DNA from: Candidatus Latescibacterota bacterium
GTDB lineage: Bacteria; Latescibacterota; UBA2968; UBA8231
Direction of reading: 5' to 3'
Assembly: GCA_965217585.1 (NCBI GenBank)
Contig: OZ244561.1
Span: 5,344,001-5,408,000, forward strand
DNA length: 64,000 nucleotides
In this document: positions 8,782-18,668 of the stretch, piece after piece
Layout: the number at the start of each line of letters is the position of its first letter
Numbering within the stretch: position 1 is the stretch's first letter
Notes under the pieces: model-generated
What the model was told of the DNA's origin: nothing
Database searches by the model: none
Seen by the model: the letters and a program-made list of their open reading frames with translations, nothing else
Position numbers and translations under genes: made by a program

Positions 8782-10665
8782 TTAATAGACGACATGTAGT
8801 GGTTTTATCGCCGTGACCGTTTTGTGGTCGGCATCGACGGAGACGCGGTATAGATAGAGTCCCGGCGGCACCAGCCGCCCCAACTCGTCCCGACCATCCC
8901 ACACCCGCTCATACGCACCAATCCCATCCAACCCCTCATACACCTGACGCACCAGCCGCCCCGACAAGTCCCACACTGCCACCACCACCCAGGACGGACC
9001 GGTCAACTCCACTAAGCTATACCCCAATCCCACCACATCGTTGCGCTCATCCCCGTTGGGCGTCAAGACCACCGATCCTACCCCTATCTGCAACACATCC
9101 TGATGTTCCGCCCGGGTGGCCACCCACACCCGATTGTCCTCATAGGCGGGCGTAGCATCGCCCTCCTGCACGCTCTGGGGCACCTCCAACGGTAAGGCAC
9201 TGTCCCACACCCGCATTGAAAAAGTCGATCCATAGCGCAGCACTTCTGCCTCGAAAACCACCTCCACCAAAGCACCCGAATCCTGAGCTGCCAGTCGCGG
9301 GATACTCACGACCATCCGGTGTAGCTCGGCCGCTTCCACCGCATAGGCCACCGGCTCATCGCCGATGCGCACTTGGGTTACAGGTCCCAGCCGTGCCGTT
9401 GTGATTACCTCTAACCGGTCAAAGCCCTCGTTACTAGTGGTAAGGGTTGGTCGCAGTACGTAAGTGAACTGCTGCGGCTGTCCTACGGCGACTTCGACAG
9501 GCCAGACCTCGCCGACCAACTGCGTAGCCACTGGTGGGGAAGCGCGCACTTCGAGGAAGTCCACTTGGCCGCCGTCGTCGTCTTGGGGGAGGAAGTCGAC
9601 TTTGAGTTGGAGATAGCGTCGTGGGCTCAGTGACACGACGGGGGTGCCGTTGCTATCGGCAAAGGCGTAGGGGGCCGACCAGAACGTCCAGTTGGCTTGA
9701 TCGTAGCCGATACCGGCTTTTTCACCCACAGCTAACTTGGCGTAGTCGGTTCGGCTGACGGGTATTTTTTCGTTGCCTCGTCCGGTGAATCGCCAGAACA
9801 GGTCGGGATCGTCGTCTTGTCCGGATCGGGATTGGATGAGCACTTGGGCTTTGGGGTCTTGGCGTCCGGACCAGCGCAGGTCGCCCCAAGCCATCGGCTG
9901 ACCAAAATCGAGAACATTGGAGATATACGTCGCTTGTTCGACAAAGCCTTTGGCGTAGACTTCTATCTCGTTCACTTCCCAATCATCGCCGTGCTCGCCG
10001 ACGGTGACCTGCACGAATTCCACGTCCTCGTGCGCTGGAATGGGTACATCCAAGATCTGCTCTCGGTTGTCTCGCACCTCGACGATCCAAGGCGAAAACG
10101 GTTCGGGAGTAAGACTAAAAGAAATGCGCGCGGGCAGCGGCCCAATGTGGACGCGGAAGGTCCGCACAGTTCTGCTCGGGTCGGTCAACCCGGATATCAT
10201 CCGAATCCGATCAATGCGATAACGACTGCCCAAGAAAATATTGGCTGTACCTTGGCGACCGAAATCGTCGGTGCAGGATCCTCGGCTGCGGAATTGGGCA
10301 CACAGATATTTTTCTGCCAGCCAGAAGACACCCGTATCCCCATCCCATACCTCTCTATTTATATTGGGCCTTAAATGTGCCCCTCCTCTCTCTTCAACTC
10401 CAGGTGCGATGTTGAAGTTTGGATCGCGTTTCAGAGGCCAGATACTAGCGCTATCCAAACCCACCTCAGTAGCTTCCCCACCGCGGTCGGCCTCTATATC
10501 GGTCCAGCTTAGCTGGATAAATTCCACCTCTTCGTGGTCTACTTCGGGCGGCGGCGCTAGTGCTTCACCGCCGAAACGGTAGATGACCAACCCGGAAGCT
10601 TCTCCAGTCGCGAAGCCAATCCACAGGAAGAGAGCCCAGGTCAACAAACGGAATAGGTCGCTCAT
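8782..10665 (-). CDS. Secreted protein with C-terminal FlgD-Ig/TPNGD tail, paralog 1
   Basis: N-terminal signal peptide; C-terminal VLTPNGDERND...WDGRDELGRLVPPGLYLYRV. Confidence 0.8.
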   Translation of the reverse strand: MSDLFRLLTWALFLWIGFATGEASGLVIYRFGGEALAPPPEVDHEEVEFIQLSWTDIEADRGGEATEVGLDSASIWPLKRDPNFNIAPGVEERGGAHLRPNINREVWDGDTGVFWLAEKYLCAQFRSRGSCTDDFGRQGTANIFLGSRYRIDRIRMISGLTDPSRTVRTFRVHIGPLPARISFSLTPEPFSPWIVEVRDNREQILDVPIPAHEDVEFVQVTVGEHGDDWEVNEIEVYAKGFVEQATYISNVLDFGQPMAWGDLRWSGRQDPKAQVLIQSRSGQDDDPDLFWRFTGRGNEKIPVSRTDYAKLAVGEKAGIGYDQANWTFWSAPYAFADSNGTPVVSLSPRRYLQLKVDFLPQDDDGGQVDFLEVRASPPVATQLVGEVWPVEVAVGQPQQFTYVLRPTLTTSNEGFDRLEVITTARLGPVTQVRIGDEPVAYAVEAAELHRMVVSIPRLAAQDSGALVEVVFEAEVLRYGSTFSMRVWDSALPLEVPQSVQEGDATPAYEDNRVWVATRAEHQDVLQIGVGSVVLTPNGDERNDVVGLGYSLVELTGPSWVVVAVWDLSGRLVRQVYEGLDGIGAYERVWDGRDELGRLVPPGLYLYRVSVDADHKTVTAIKPLHVVY

Positions 10666-11109
10666 AAGATGGGCCTAGGGAGATAGGGGGCCTTAGAAGA
10701 AACGATCCTACGATCACTACATCGCTACATGTCTTCTATATATATAGATACGAATATCAGCTCAGATTGCGAAAGTTGACTTTTCGCGGATGGTCAACGG
10801 CAAACGAAAAATTGTTCAATATACCACGTGCAGGAGTCCGGCTTGCTCGACCCTTTGGTGGTCGGCCTCGACAGAAACCCGGTATAAGTAGAGACCCGGC
10901 GGCACCAGCCGTCCCGACGCATCGCGACCATCCCATATCCGTTCATACGCACCCACGCCGTCCCGTCCCGCATACACCTGCCGCACCCGACGACCCAACA
11001 AATCCCACACCGCCACCGCCACCGACGCTGTCCCCGTCAGTTCCAATAAATCGTAGCCCAGCCTTACTGTGTCGTTGCGCTCATCCCCGTTGGGGGTCAA
11101 AACCGCCGG
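10498..11109. repeat. Near-identical ~610-bp direct repeat, copy 1 (5' end of paralog 1 + spacer + 3' end of paralog 2)
   Basis: Aligns base for base with 12535-13154 apart from scattered SNPs and small indels. Confidence 0.9.
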
Positions 11110-12702
11110 CTTCCTGCTCATCTGCAATACCCCCTGATGCTCCGCCTTGGTGGCCACCCACACCCGATTGTCCTCATAGACGGGAGTAGCATCGCCCTCC
11201 TGCACGCTCTGGGGCACCTCCAACGGTAGGGCACTATTCCACACCCGCATCAAAAAAGTCGAGCCATAACGCAACACCTCTGCCTCGAAAACCACCTCGA
11301 CCAAAGCACCCGAATCCTGAGCCGTCAGCCGGGGGAAACTCACGACCACCCGGTGCGGCTCAGCCACCTCCACCGCATAAGACACTGACTCATCGCCAAT
11401 GCGTACTTGGGTTACAGGTCCTAGCCGCGCCGGGGTGGCGACCTCCAACCGGTCAAACCCGCCACTGTCCACCCCAAGGGTGGGTCGCAGCACATAGGTA
11501 AACTGCTGCGGCTGTCCTACGGCGACCTCTACCGGCCAGATCTCGCCGACCAACTGCGTCGCTACCGGTGGGGAAGCGCGCACTTCGAGAAAGTCCATCT
11601 GTCCACTGTCGTCGTCTTGGGGGAGAATGTCAACCTTGAGTTGGAGGTAGCGTCTTGGACTCAGCGACACGATGGGGGTGCCGTTGCTGTCGGCAAAGGC
11701 GTAGGGGGCCGACCAGAACGTCCAGTTAGCACGATCGTAGCCGATACCGGCTCTTTCGCCTCTAGCTAACTTGGCGTAGGTAGTTCGGCTGACGGGTATT
11801 TTTTCATCGCCTCGTCCGGTGAAGCGCCAGAACAGGTCGGGGTCGTCGTCTTGGCCGGATCGGGATTGGATGAGGATGCGGGCTTTGGGGTCTTGGCGTC
11901 CGGACCAGCGCAGGTCGCCCCAGGCCATCGGTTGGCCAAAATCGAGAATGTTCGAGATGTACGTCGCCTGTTCGACAAAGCCTTTGGCGTAGATTTCTAT
12001 CTCGTGGACTTCCCAGTCCTCGTTGTGCTCTCCGACAGTCACCTGCACGAATTCCACTTGCTCGTGCGGTGGGATAGGGATGTCGAGGATCTGCTCTCGA
12101 TTGTCGCGCACCTCGACGATCCAAGGGGCAAAGGGCGGAGGATTGAAAGTGATCCTCATTGTGGGAAGAAGCGGGGACATGAAAACGCGGAGGGAGCCCA
12201 CAATTTTGCCTGGGTCGTCCAACCCGGATTTCACCCGGATCCGGTCGATGAGGTAGCGACCGCCTAAAAAAATATTAGCCGTGCCCGGGGTGCCGAAATC
12301 GTCAATACAAATGAGATTATAGGCCTCGAATTCGGCGCACAGATATCTGTCTGCCAACCAGATCGTACTCTCGTCCCCATCCCAGACCTGTCCATTGACG
12401 TTGGGTCTGACGTGGCTTCCCCCCTTTTCCTCAATCCCGGGGGCTATATTAAAAGTAGGATCTCGTTTTAGAGCCCGAATGGCGGTGGCGTCTATATCCA
12501 GTTCGACCGTCTCGCCGCCTAGGGAAGGATCGAGATCGGTCCAGCTTAGCTGGATAAATTCCACCCCTTCGTGGTCTACTTCGGGCGGCGGCGCTAGCGC
12601 TTCACCGCCGAAACGGTAGATGACCAACCCGGAAGCTTCTCCAGTCGCGAAGCCAATCCACAGGAAGAGAGCCCAGGTCAACGAACGGAATAGGTCGCTC
12701 AT
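10816..12702 (-). CDS. Secreted FlgD-tail protein, paralog 2
   Basis: Same architecture as paralog 1; start set at ATG 12702 (MSDLFR) by identity with paralog 1. Confidence 0.8.
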   Translation of the reverse strand: MSDLFRSLTWALFLWIGFATGEASGLVIYRFGGEALAPPPEVDHEGVEFIQLSWTDLDPSLGGETVELDIDATAIRALKRDPTFNIAPGIEEKGGSHVRPNVNGQVWDGDESTIWLADRYLCAEFEAYNLICIDDFGTPGTANIFLGGRYLIDRIRVKSGLDDPGKIVGSLRVFMSPLLPTMRITFNPPPFAPWIVEVRDNREQILDIPIPPHEQVEFVQVTVGEHNEDWEVHEIEIYAKGFVEQATYISNILDFGQPMAWGDLRWSGRQDPKARILIQSRSGQDDDPDLFWRFTGRGDEKIPVSRTTYAKLARGERAGIGYDRANWTFWSAPYAFADSNGTPIVSLSPRRYLQLKVDILPQDDDSGQMDFLEVRASPPVATQLVGEIWPVEVAVGQPQQFTYVLRPTLGVDSGGFDRLEVATPARLGPVTQVRIGDESVSYAVEVAEPHRVVVSFPRLTAQDSGALVEVVFEAEVLRYGSTFLMRVWNSALPLEVPQSVQEGDATPVYEDNRVWVATKAEHQGVLQMSRKPAVLTPNGDERNDTVRLGYDLLELTGTASVAVAVWDLLGRRVRQVYAGRDGVGAYERIWDGRDASGRLVPPGLYLYRVSVEADHQRVEQAGLLHVVY

Positions 12703-13154
12703 AAGATGAGCATGGGGGATAGGGGGCCTTAGAAGAAACGATCCTACGATCACTACATCGCTACATGTCTTCTATCATATAGATACGAATATCAGCTCAG
12801 ATTGCGAAAGTTTGCGAAAGTTGACTTTTCGCGGATGGTCAACGGCAAACGAAAAATTGTTCAATATGCCACGTGCAGGAGTCCGGCTTGCTCGACCCTT
12901 TGGTGGTCGGCCTCGACAGAAACCCGGTATAAGTAGAGACCCGGCGGCACCAGCCGTCCCGACGCATCGCGACCATCCCATATCCGTTCATACGCACCCA
13001 CGCCGTCCCGTCCCGCATACACCTGCCGCACCCGACGACCCAACAAATCCCACACCGCCACCGCCACCGACGCTGTCCCCGTCAGTTCCAATAAATCGTA
13101 GCCCAGCCTTACTGTGTCGTTGCGTTCATCCCCATTGGGCGTGAAAACCGCCGG
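12535..13154. repeat. Near-identical direct repeat, copy 2 (carries an extra 10-bp TTGCGAAAGT duplication)
   Basis: Direct comparison with 10498-11109. Confidence 0.9.
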
Positions 13155-14747
13155 TGCCACCCGCACTTGCAACACCTCCTGTTCTCGGGCTGCTGTGGCC
13201 ACCCACACCCGATTGCCTTCATAGGCCGGACTGGCATCGCCCTCCTGCACGCTCTGGGGCACCTCCAACGGCTGGGCACTGTCCCATACCTGCGCGGCAA
13301 AGGTCGATCCATAGCGCAATACTTGGGCTTGGAAAACCACCTCCACCAAGGCTCCTGAATCCTCGACCGTCAGTCGCGGAAAACTCACTACCATCCGGTG
13401 TGGTTCGGACACCTCCACCGCATAGGACACTGGCTCATCGCCGATGCGCACCGCAGCGACCCCCTCGACAATCGACGAGGTCGCTATCGCCAACCGGTCA
13501 AAGCCCTCGTCGTTGGTGCCAAGGGTTGGTCGCACCGCGTAGGTAAACTGCTGCGGCTGTCCTACCGTTGCCTCCACCGGCCAGACCTCGCCGACCAACT
13601 GCGTGGCCACCGGTGGGGAAGCGCGCACCTCGAGAAAGTCCACCTGTCCACCGTCGTCGTCTTGGGTCAGAAAGTCGACTTTGAGTTGGAGATAGCGTCG
13701 TGGACTCCGCGACACGATGGGGGTGCCACTGCGGTCGGCAAAGACATAGGGGGCCGACCAGAACGTCCAGTTGGCTTGATCGTAGCCGATACCGGCTTTT
13801 TCGCCTATAGCTAGCTTGGCGTAGTCGGTTCGGCTGACAGGTATTTTTTCGTCGCCGCGTCCGGTGAAGCGCCAGAACAGATCGGGGTCGTCGTCTTGTC
13901 CGGATCGGGTTTGGATGAGGGTGCGGGCTTTGGGGTCTTGGCGTCCGGACCAGCGCAGGTCGCCCCAGGCCATCGGCTGACCAAAATCGAGGATGTTCGA
14001 GATGTAGCTGGCCTTTTTGACTAGCCCCTTGGCGTAGACTTCTATCTCGTTCACTTCCCAGTCCTCTCTGTGCTCGCTGGCGGCTACCTGCACAAAGGTC
14101 GTTCCCTCTTGTGGCGGGATGGAGATGTCGAGGGTCTGCTCTCGGTTGTCTCGCACCTCGACGATCCAGGGCGAATACGGCGGGGGATGATCAATGAGAG
14201 ATCTTTTTTTCCACGGCAACTCCGGCGCGATGTAAATGCGGACCGTCCGCACTATTTTGCTCGGATCGGTCAGGCCGGATATAATCCGGATCCGGTCGAT
14301 AAGATAGGGACTGCCTAGGTTGATATTAGCCGTGCCCTGTCGGCCAAAATCGTCTACGCAGAAAAACCTGCTGAGTGCGCCGCACAGATAACTGGCCGCC
14401 ACCCAAGCCGTACTGACATCGCCATCCCACACTTCAACATTCACATTGGGTCTGACGTGCTCCCCTCCATTTGCTTCAATGCCGGGGGCTATATTGAAAT
14501 TTGGATCGCGTTCAAGAGGCCGGATAGCGGCGGTGTCTATATCCAAATCAATGGCTGCCCCGCCCAGGGGAGGATTGAAATCCGTCCAGTTTAGCTGGAT
14601 GAATTCCACGCCTTCATGGCCTGCTTCTGGAGGCGGGGCCAATGCTTCGCCGCCCAATCGGTAGATAACCAACCCGGAGGCCGGTCCGGCCGCGAAACTA
14701 GCCCACAAAGAGAGGCTCCAGATCGACAAACGGAATAAGGCAGTCAT
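12861..14747 (-). CDS. Secreted FlgD-tail protein, paralog 3
   Basis: Same architecture; C-terminal segment nearly identical to paralog 2. Confidence 0.8.
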   Translation of the reverse strand: MTALFRLSIWSLSLWASFAAGPASGLVIYRLGGEALAPPPEAGHEGVEFIQLNWTDFNPPLGGAAIDLDIDTAAIRPLERDPNFNIAPGIEANGGEHVRPNVNVEVWDGDVSTAWVAASYLCGALSRFFCVDDFGRQGTANINLGSPYLIDRIRIISGLTDPSKIVRTVRIYIAPELPWKKRSLIDHPPPYSPWIVEVRDNREQTLDISIPPQEGTTFVQVAASEHREDWEVNEIEVYAKGLVKKASYISNILDFGQPMAWGDLRWSGRQDPKARTLIQTRSGQDDDPDLFWRFTGRGDEKIPVSRTDYAKLAIGEKAGIGYDQANWTFWSAPYVFADRSGTPIVSRSPRRYLQLKVDFLTQDDDGGQVDFLEVRASPPVATQLVGEVWPVEATVGQPQQFTYAVRPTLGTNDEGFDRLAIATSSIVEGVAAVRIGDEPVSYAVEVSEPHRMVVSFPRLTVEDSGALVEVVFQAQVLRYGSTFAAQVWDSAQPLEVPQSVQEGDASPAYEGNRVWVATAAREQEVLQVRVAPAVFTPNGDERNDTVRLGYDLLELTGTASVAVAVWDLLGRRVRQVYAGRDGVGAYERIWDGRDASGRLVPPGLYLYRVSVEADHQRVEQAGLLHVAY

Positions 14748-15039
14748 AGGTGGGCATTGATCTCGCTATTGTGGAAGGGCGAAAATCACAGGAGCCATTG
14801 CAGAGCAATGAATGGCATCTGCAAAAGCTCCGAAATTTGGCCCAGATTGTGAAAAGTTGAATATTCGAAAACAAAATAGCGATTATCCATGCAGAGGAAA
14901 GAACTATAAAAAGAAATCAACGAGTATATCAATCAAAAATTGCCCGCTCTACCTACACACAGACAACAAAAACCTCGCCTAGGCCAGCTAAAAAGTTGCG
15001 GCAAATCGGCACCCAGATACCGTGGCTTCGCAGTAAAAC

Positions 15040-15077
15040 TTGACAATCTCCCAAAATGGTGGTATCTGGAATATAAT
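15040..15077 (+). promoter_or_regulatory. Possible sigma70 promoter for the monooxygenase operon
   Basis: TTGACA-17 nt-TATCTG, with a TATAAT at 15072. Confidence 0.35.
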
Positions 15078-15165
15078 AGGTTAACAGACGTAGGCTAGTG
15101 ATTTTCTCGCACGTCTGTGGCATTGGCCTATCATCTTATTATCCCCGCACTTGTGGAGGATAGCT

Positions 15166-16548
15166 ATGCGGCGAATTGGCTTTGTACTAAGCGCATTGCT
15201 CAGCGCTATGAGTTGGTCTCTGAGCGGCTGCGATTCCGGTCGCCCGGCAGGGCCCGAGGAAATATCGACTTGGGATACGATCCAGCACGACATCTTCGCC
15301 TCCAACTGCGTTAGCTGCCACAGTGCCGGTGCCTCCTTCGCTCGGCAGTCAGACTTGGTTCTGACTCCAGATTTGGCGTATAGCCAACTGATCAATACTG
15401 TACCGCGCAATGCTGCGGCCGCCCAAGACGGCTTAGTCTTGCTGAGCAATGAGGGACTTGGGGGTCTTTTCAAGAGCTATCTATGGGAAAAGATTAACGC
15501 GCCGAACCAAGAGCACTTTTACTCCGATCATCCCACTTATGGCGAGCAGATGCCGCTGGGTCGTCCGCCGCTGACTAATGGTGAACTGGAATTCATACGC
15601 CAGTGGATCCGCGCCGGAGCCCCCGAAGAAAGGGTGGTAGCAGACTTGGCCCTGCTGCAGGACGAGGAGCGCTATGCAATACCGGAGTTCGCGCCGCTAA
15701 ATCCGCCGTTCAATGGCATCCAACTCCACTTGGGTCCCTTCGAGGTGGCACCCCAGTACGAGCGCGAGGTCTATTTTTATCAGCCCCTCGACCACGCCGA
15801 GGATCTCTTCGTCAACCGCTTTGAATTGTCCATGCGGTCGGGGAGTCACCACTTCATCCTCAACCAGTTTCCCGACTACACCCCGACCGATGTTATTCCC
15901 CAGCCAGAGATCTACCGCGACCTGCGCGACACCGCAGGCAATTACCAAGACGCCGAAGGGTACGATCTGTTCGACTGGCGGGTCATGCAGTACCAGGTTC
16001 CCATCGTAATCGCCCAGTCTACGCGCCTTGACTTCAGCTTGCCTCCCGGCGTGGCCATGCGTCTGCTCGCTGGAACGGGACTTGATATGAACTCCCACTA
16101 TGCCAATGCCACCGATCAGGCCGCGATCGGCGAAGTATTTGTCAACCTGCATCTTATTGAACCCTCGGAAGTAGAACGGGTAGCCGAGGTCTTCGCCCTG
16201 AGCAACTTCGATATTGATCTGCCCGCTGGCCAAGTCACTTCCCTAGAGAAAGAGTTCATTTTTAAGGAGGACAGGCACATCTTCCAACTTGTTTCCCACA
16301 CCCATGACCGCATGGAGGAATTCACCGCCGAACTCATCGGCGGACCCCGGGATGGGGAACTGATCTACATCGGCTACGACTGGGAACACCCGGCCCCTCT
16401 CAGATTCGATCCGCCGCTCATGGTCGAAGAGGGCCAAGGCTTCAGGATTAGGGCCACCTACGACAATGACACCGAGCGGAATCTCAACTTCGGGTTCACG
16501 CGTGCCGATGAAATGATGATTCTCTACGGCTATTACTACGCCGACTGA
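15166..16548 (+). CDS. Lipoprotein: c-type cytochrome domain fused to a copper type II (PHM/DBH-like) monooxygenase
   Basis: Lipobox LSGC, heme motif CVSCH with distal QMP and FIRQWIRAGA, CuH-like SHHFIL..NSHY, CuM-like SHTH..DEMM; GGAGG before ATG 15166. Confidence 0.75.
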   Translation: MRRIGFVLSALLSAMSWSLSGCDSGRPAGPEEISTWDTIQHDIFASNCVSCHSAGASFARQSDLVLTPDLAYSQLINTVPRNAAAAQDGLVLLSNEGLGGLFKSYLWEKINAPNQEHFYSDHPTYGEQMPLGRPPLTNGELEFIRQWIRAGAPEERVVADLALLQDEERYAIPEFAPLNPPFNGIQLHLGPFEVAPQYEREVYFYQPLDHAEDLFVNRFELSMRSGSHHFILNQFPDYTPTDVIPQPEIYRDLRDTAGNYQDAEGYDLFDWRVMQYQVPIVIAQSTRLDFSLPPGVAMRLLAGTGLDMNSHYANATDQAAIGEVFVNLHLIEPSEVERVAEVFALSNFDIDLPAGQVTSLEKEFIFKEDRHIFQLVSHTHDRMEEFTAELIGGPRDGELIYIGYDWEHPAPLRFDPPLMVEEGQGFRIRATYDNDTERNLNFGFTRADEMMILYGYYYAD

Positions 16549-16676
16549 GTAGGTGGCCGATCTGGCCCCTGATAGCACTGGGCTTGGGATGAGGCAGGTT
16601 TGGGCTGCCTGTCTCCCGTCTGTGGCACCTCGGTGCCAAGCGAAGTCCATCGCCGGCGGCTGGAACGGATTGGTAC

Positions 16677-18626
16677 ATGGCAACTGAGGGGAAAAACTCG
16701 GGCGGCGGTGTCACCTTCAAAGCCCTGCTAATCGGCGGCGGAGCCTCGATCTTCATCGGCGTTGCCGTACCTTATTCCAATATGGTCATCAAGGGGACGG
16801 TACTAGCGCACAACTTCAGCACTCCGGTCGCCCTCTTTATCTTCTTCATTCTCGTCCTTTTCCTCAATCCGCTGTTGCACCTGTTCCACCGAGGCTTGGC
16901 CCTGTCCCGAGGGGAATTGGCCGTGGTCTACATCATGGCGATGGTAGCCACTTCCATCCCCACGATCGGCTTCACCGAATACGTCCTGCCCATCACCACG
17001 GGGCTCTACTACTTTGCCACCCCTGAGAACAACTGGGCATCCTTGATCCACCCCCATGTGCCCGAGTGGATGGTTCCCCAGGATCCCGACGCCATTCGCT
17101 ATTTCTACGAAGGGCTACCCGAGGGGCGGCCACTACCTTGGGGTGCTTGGGTCGAGCCCTTGACCTACTGGTGCCTGTTCATCCTCGCCTTCTACTGGGT
17201 ATCCATCTGCGCCATGGTCATCGTGCGACGACAGTGGATGGAAAGCGAAAAACTGCTTTATCCCCTGGCCCAAGTTCCCCTAGAGATGATTCAGAGCGAT
17301 GGGAGACGAACGCTGCTGGCCCCTTTTTTTTGTAATACGGCTATGTGGCTGGGTTTTGCCATCCCCTTCCTCATCGGCCTTATAAATGCCCTGAATAGCT
17401 ACTACGAATTCGTGCCTCGCATCACCACCTCGACCGGCTTTCACCTCTTCCGCGGCACTACGTACCTCCGCCTAGATATGAACCTAGCGCTGATCGGCTT
17501 TGCCTACCTATTGAGCCGGGATATTGCCCTGGGGTTCTGGTTTTTCTTTTTGCTATCCTCCCTGCAGCGGGGTGTCTTCAATGTGCTGGGCATCTACAGT
17601 GAGGAAAACCTGAGCCGTTTCGCCAACCTAGTCGGGCCGCACATGGCCCACCAAGCCATGGGGGCCATGATCGTGCTAGTGCTCTCTGGGCTGTGGATGG
17701 GACGGGGGCATTTGCGCGATGTCTTCATCAAGGCGTTGCGGAGGGATGCCCGCATTGATGATTCCGAGGAGATACTATCCTACCGCAACGCCGTATTGGG
17801 CTTGGTGGTCGGTCTAGCGGTGATGATCGGCTGGTTGTGGAAATCGGGCATCCCACTGTGGATCGTCTTGGTGTTTCTCTTCGGGGCTGCCGTTGTCCTT
17901 ATAGCGCTTACTCGGGCTGTAGTCGAAGGGGGGATTTCCGTCCTGCGCACGCCCATTACCCCCGCTGATTTCACTATCTCCGGCCTAGGTACGACCGCCT
18001 TGGGAGCCTCCGGATTGATCGGCGTGGCCTTCACCTACGTATGGAGCGCCAATGTGCGCATTTTCTTTATGGCCTGCTTCGCCAATGCCCTCAAACTGGC
18101 GGAAGAGATCAAAGGCAGCAAAAGAAAGCTGCTCTGGGCTGTATTGCTAGCCATTGTCCTCACCTTGTCCAGCTCCATCTATCTGGTTATGGAAATGGCG
18201 TACGCCCACGGCGGCATCAACCTGCACAATTTTTTCTTCATCTTCGTTCCGCAGATGGCTTTCACCTATGTGGCCCCTAAGTTCGACAGCCCCGTACCTG
18301 CCAGCCTAGATGGCTGGGCCTTCACTGGCTTGGGAGCCTTCTTGATGAGTCTATTCACCTATATTCGCTACCGCTTTGTGTGGTGGCCGATTCATCCCTT
18401 GGGCTTTGCCACCGGCACATTCTACATTATGAACTGGGTGTGGTTTAGTATCTTTTTGGCTTGGCTGTTCAAAACAATCGTCCTCAAATACGGGGGAGCA
18501 GCCGCCTACAGCCGGACTCGGCCCTTTTTTCTTGGGTTGATCCTAGGCCAAGTAGTGGTGGCGGGCATGTGGCTGGTAATTGACTACTTCACTGGTATGA
18601 CGGGGAATGTCTTGGGCTACTTGTGA
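16677..18626 (+). CDS. Polytopic membrane protein, DUF6785-like (putative transporter), paralog A
   Basis: Many TM helices; ELAVVY, RRQW..EKLLYPL, WWPIHPLGF and KYGG motifs. Confidence 0.7.
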   Translation: MATEGKNSGGGVTFKALLIGGGASIFIGVAVPYSNMVIKGTVLAHNFSTPVALFIFFILVLFLNPLLHLFHRGLALSRGELAVVYIMAMVATSIPTIGFTEYVLPITTGLYYFATPENNWASLIHPHVPEWMVPQDPDAIRYFYEGLPEGRPLPWGAWVEPLTYWCLFILAFYWVSICAMVIVRRQWMESEKLLYPLAQVPLEMIQSDGRRTLLAPFFCNTAMWLGFAIPFLIGLINALNSYYEFVPRITTSTGFHLFRGTTYLRLDMNLALIGFAYLLSRDIALGFWFFFLLSSLQRGVFNVLGIYSEENLSRFANLVGPHMAHQAMGAMIVLVLSGLWMGRGHLRDVFIKALRRDARIDDSEEILSYRNAVLGLVVGLAVMIGWLWKSGIPLWIVLVFLFGAAVVLIALTRAVVEGGISVLRTPITPADFTISGLGTTALGASGLIGVAFTYVWSANVRIFFMACFANALKLAEEIKGSKRKLLWAVLLAIVLTLSSSIYLVMEMAYAHGGINLHNFFFIFVPQMAFTYVAPKFDSPVPASLDGWAFTGLGAFLMSLFTYIRYRFVWWPIHPLGFATGTFYIMNWVWFSIFLAWLFKTIVLKYGGAAAYSRTRPFFLGLILGQVVVAGMWLVIDYFTGMTGNVLGYL

Positions 18627-18668
18627 GCCTACGACGAACATCTATATCCCACCCCTCTGGGAAAAGAC

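Noticed and set aside
8782-14747. Diversity-generating retroelement or shufflon explaining the variable paralogs
   Set aside because: There is no reverse transcriptase or site-specific recombinase in the window, the differences are not adenine-restricted and include indels, and no inverted cassettes are present
16549-16676. Riboswitch upstream of the DUF6785-like pair
   Set aside because: Small GC hairpins are present, but no known aptamer consensus or terminator U-tract
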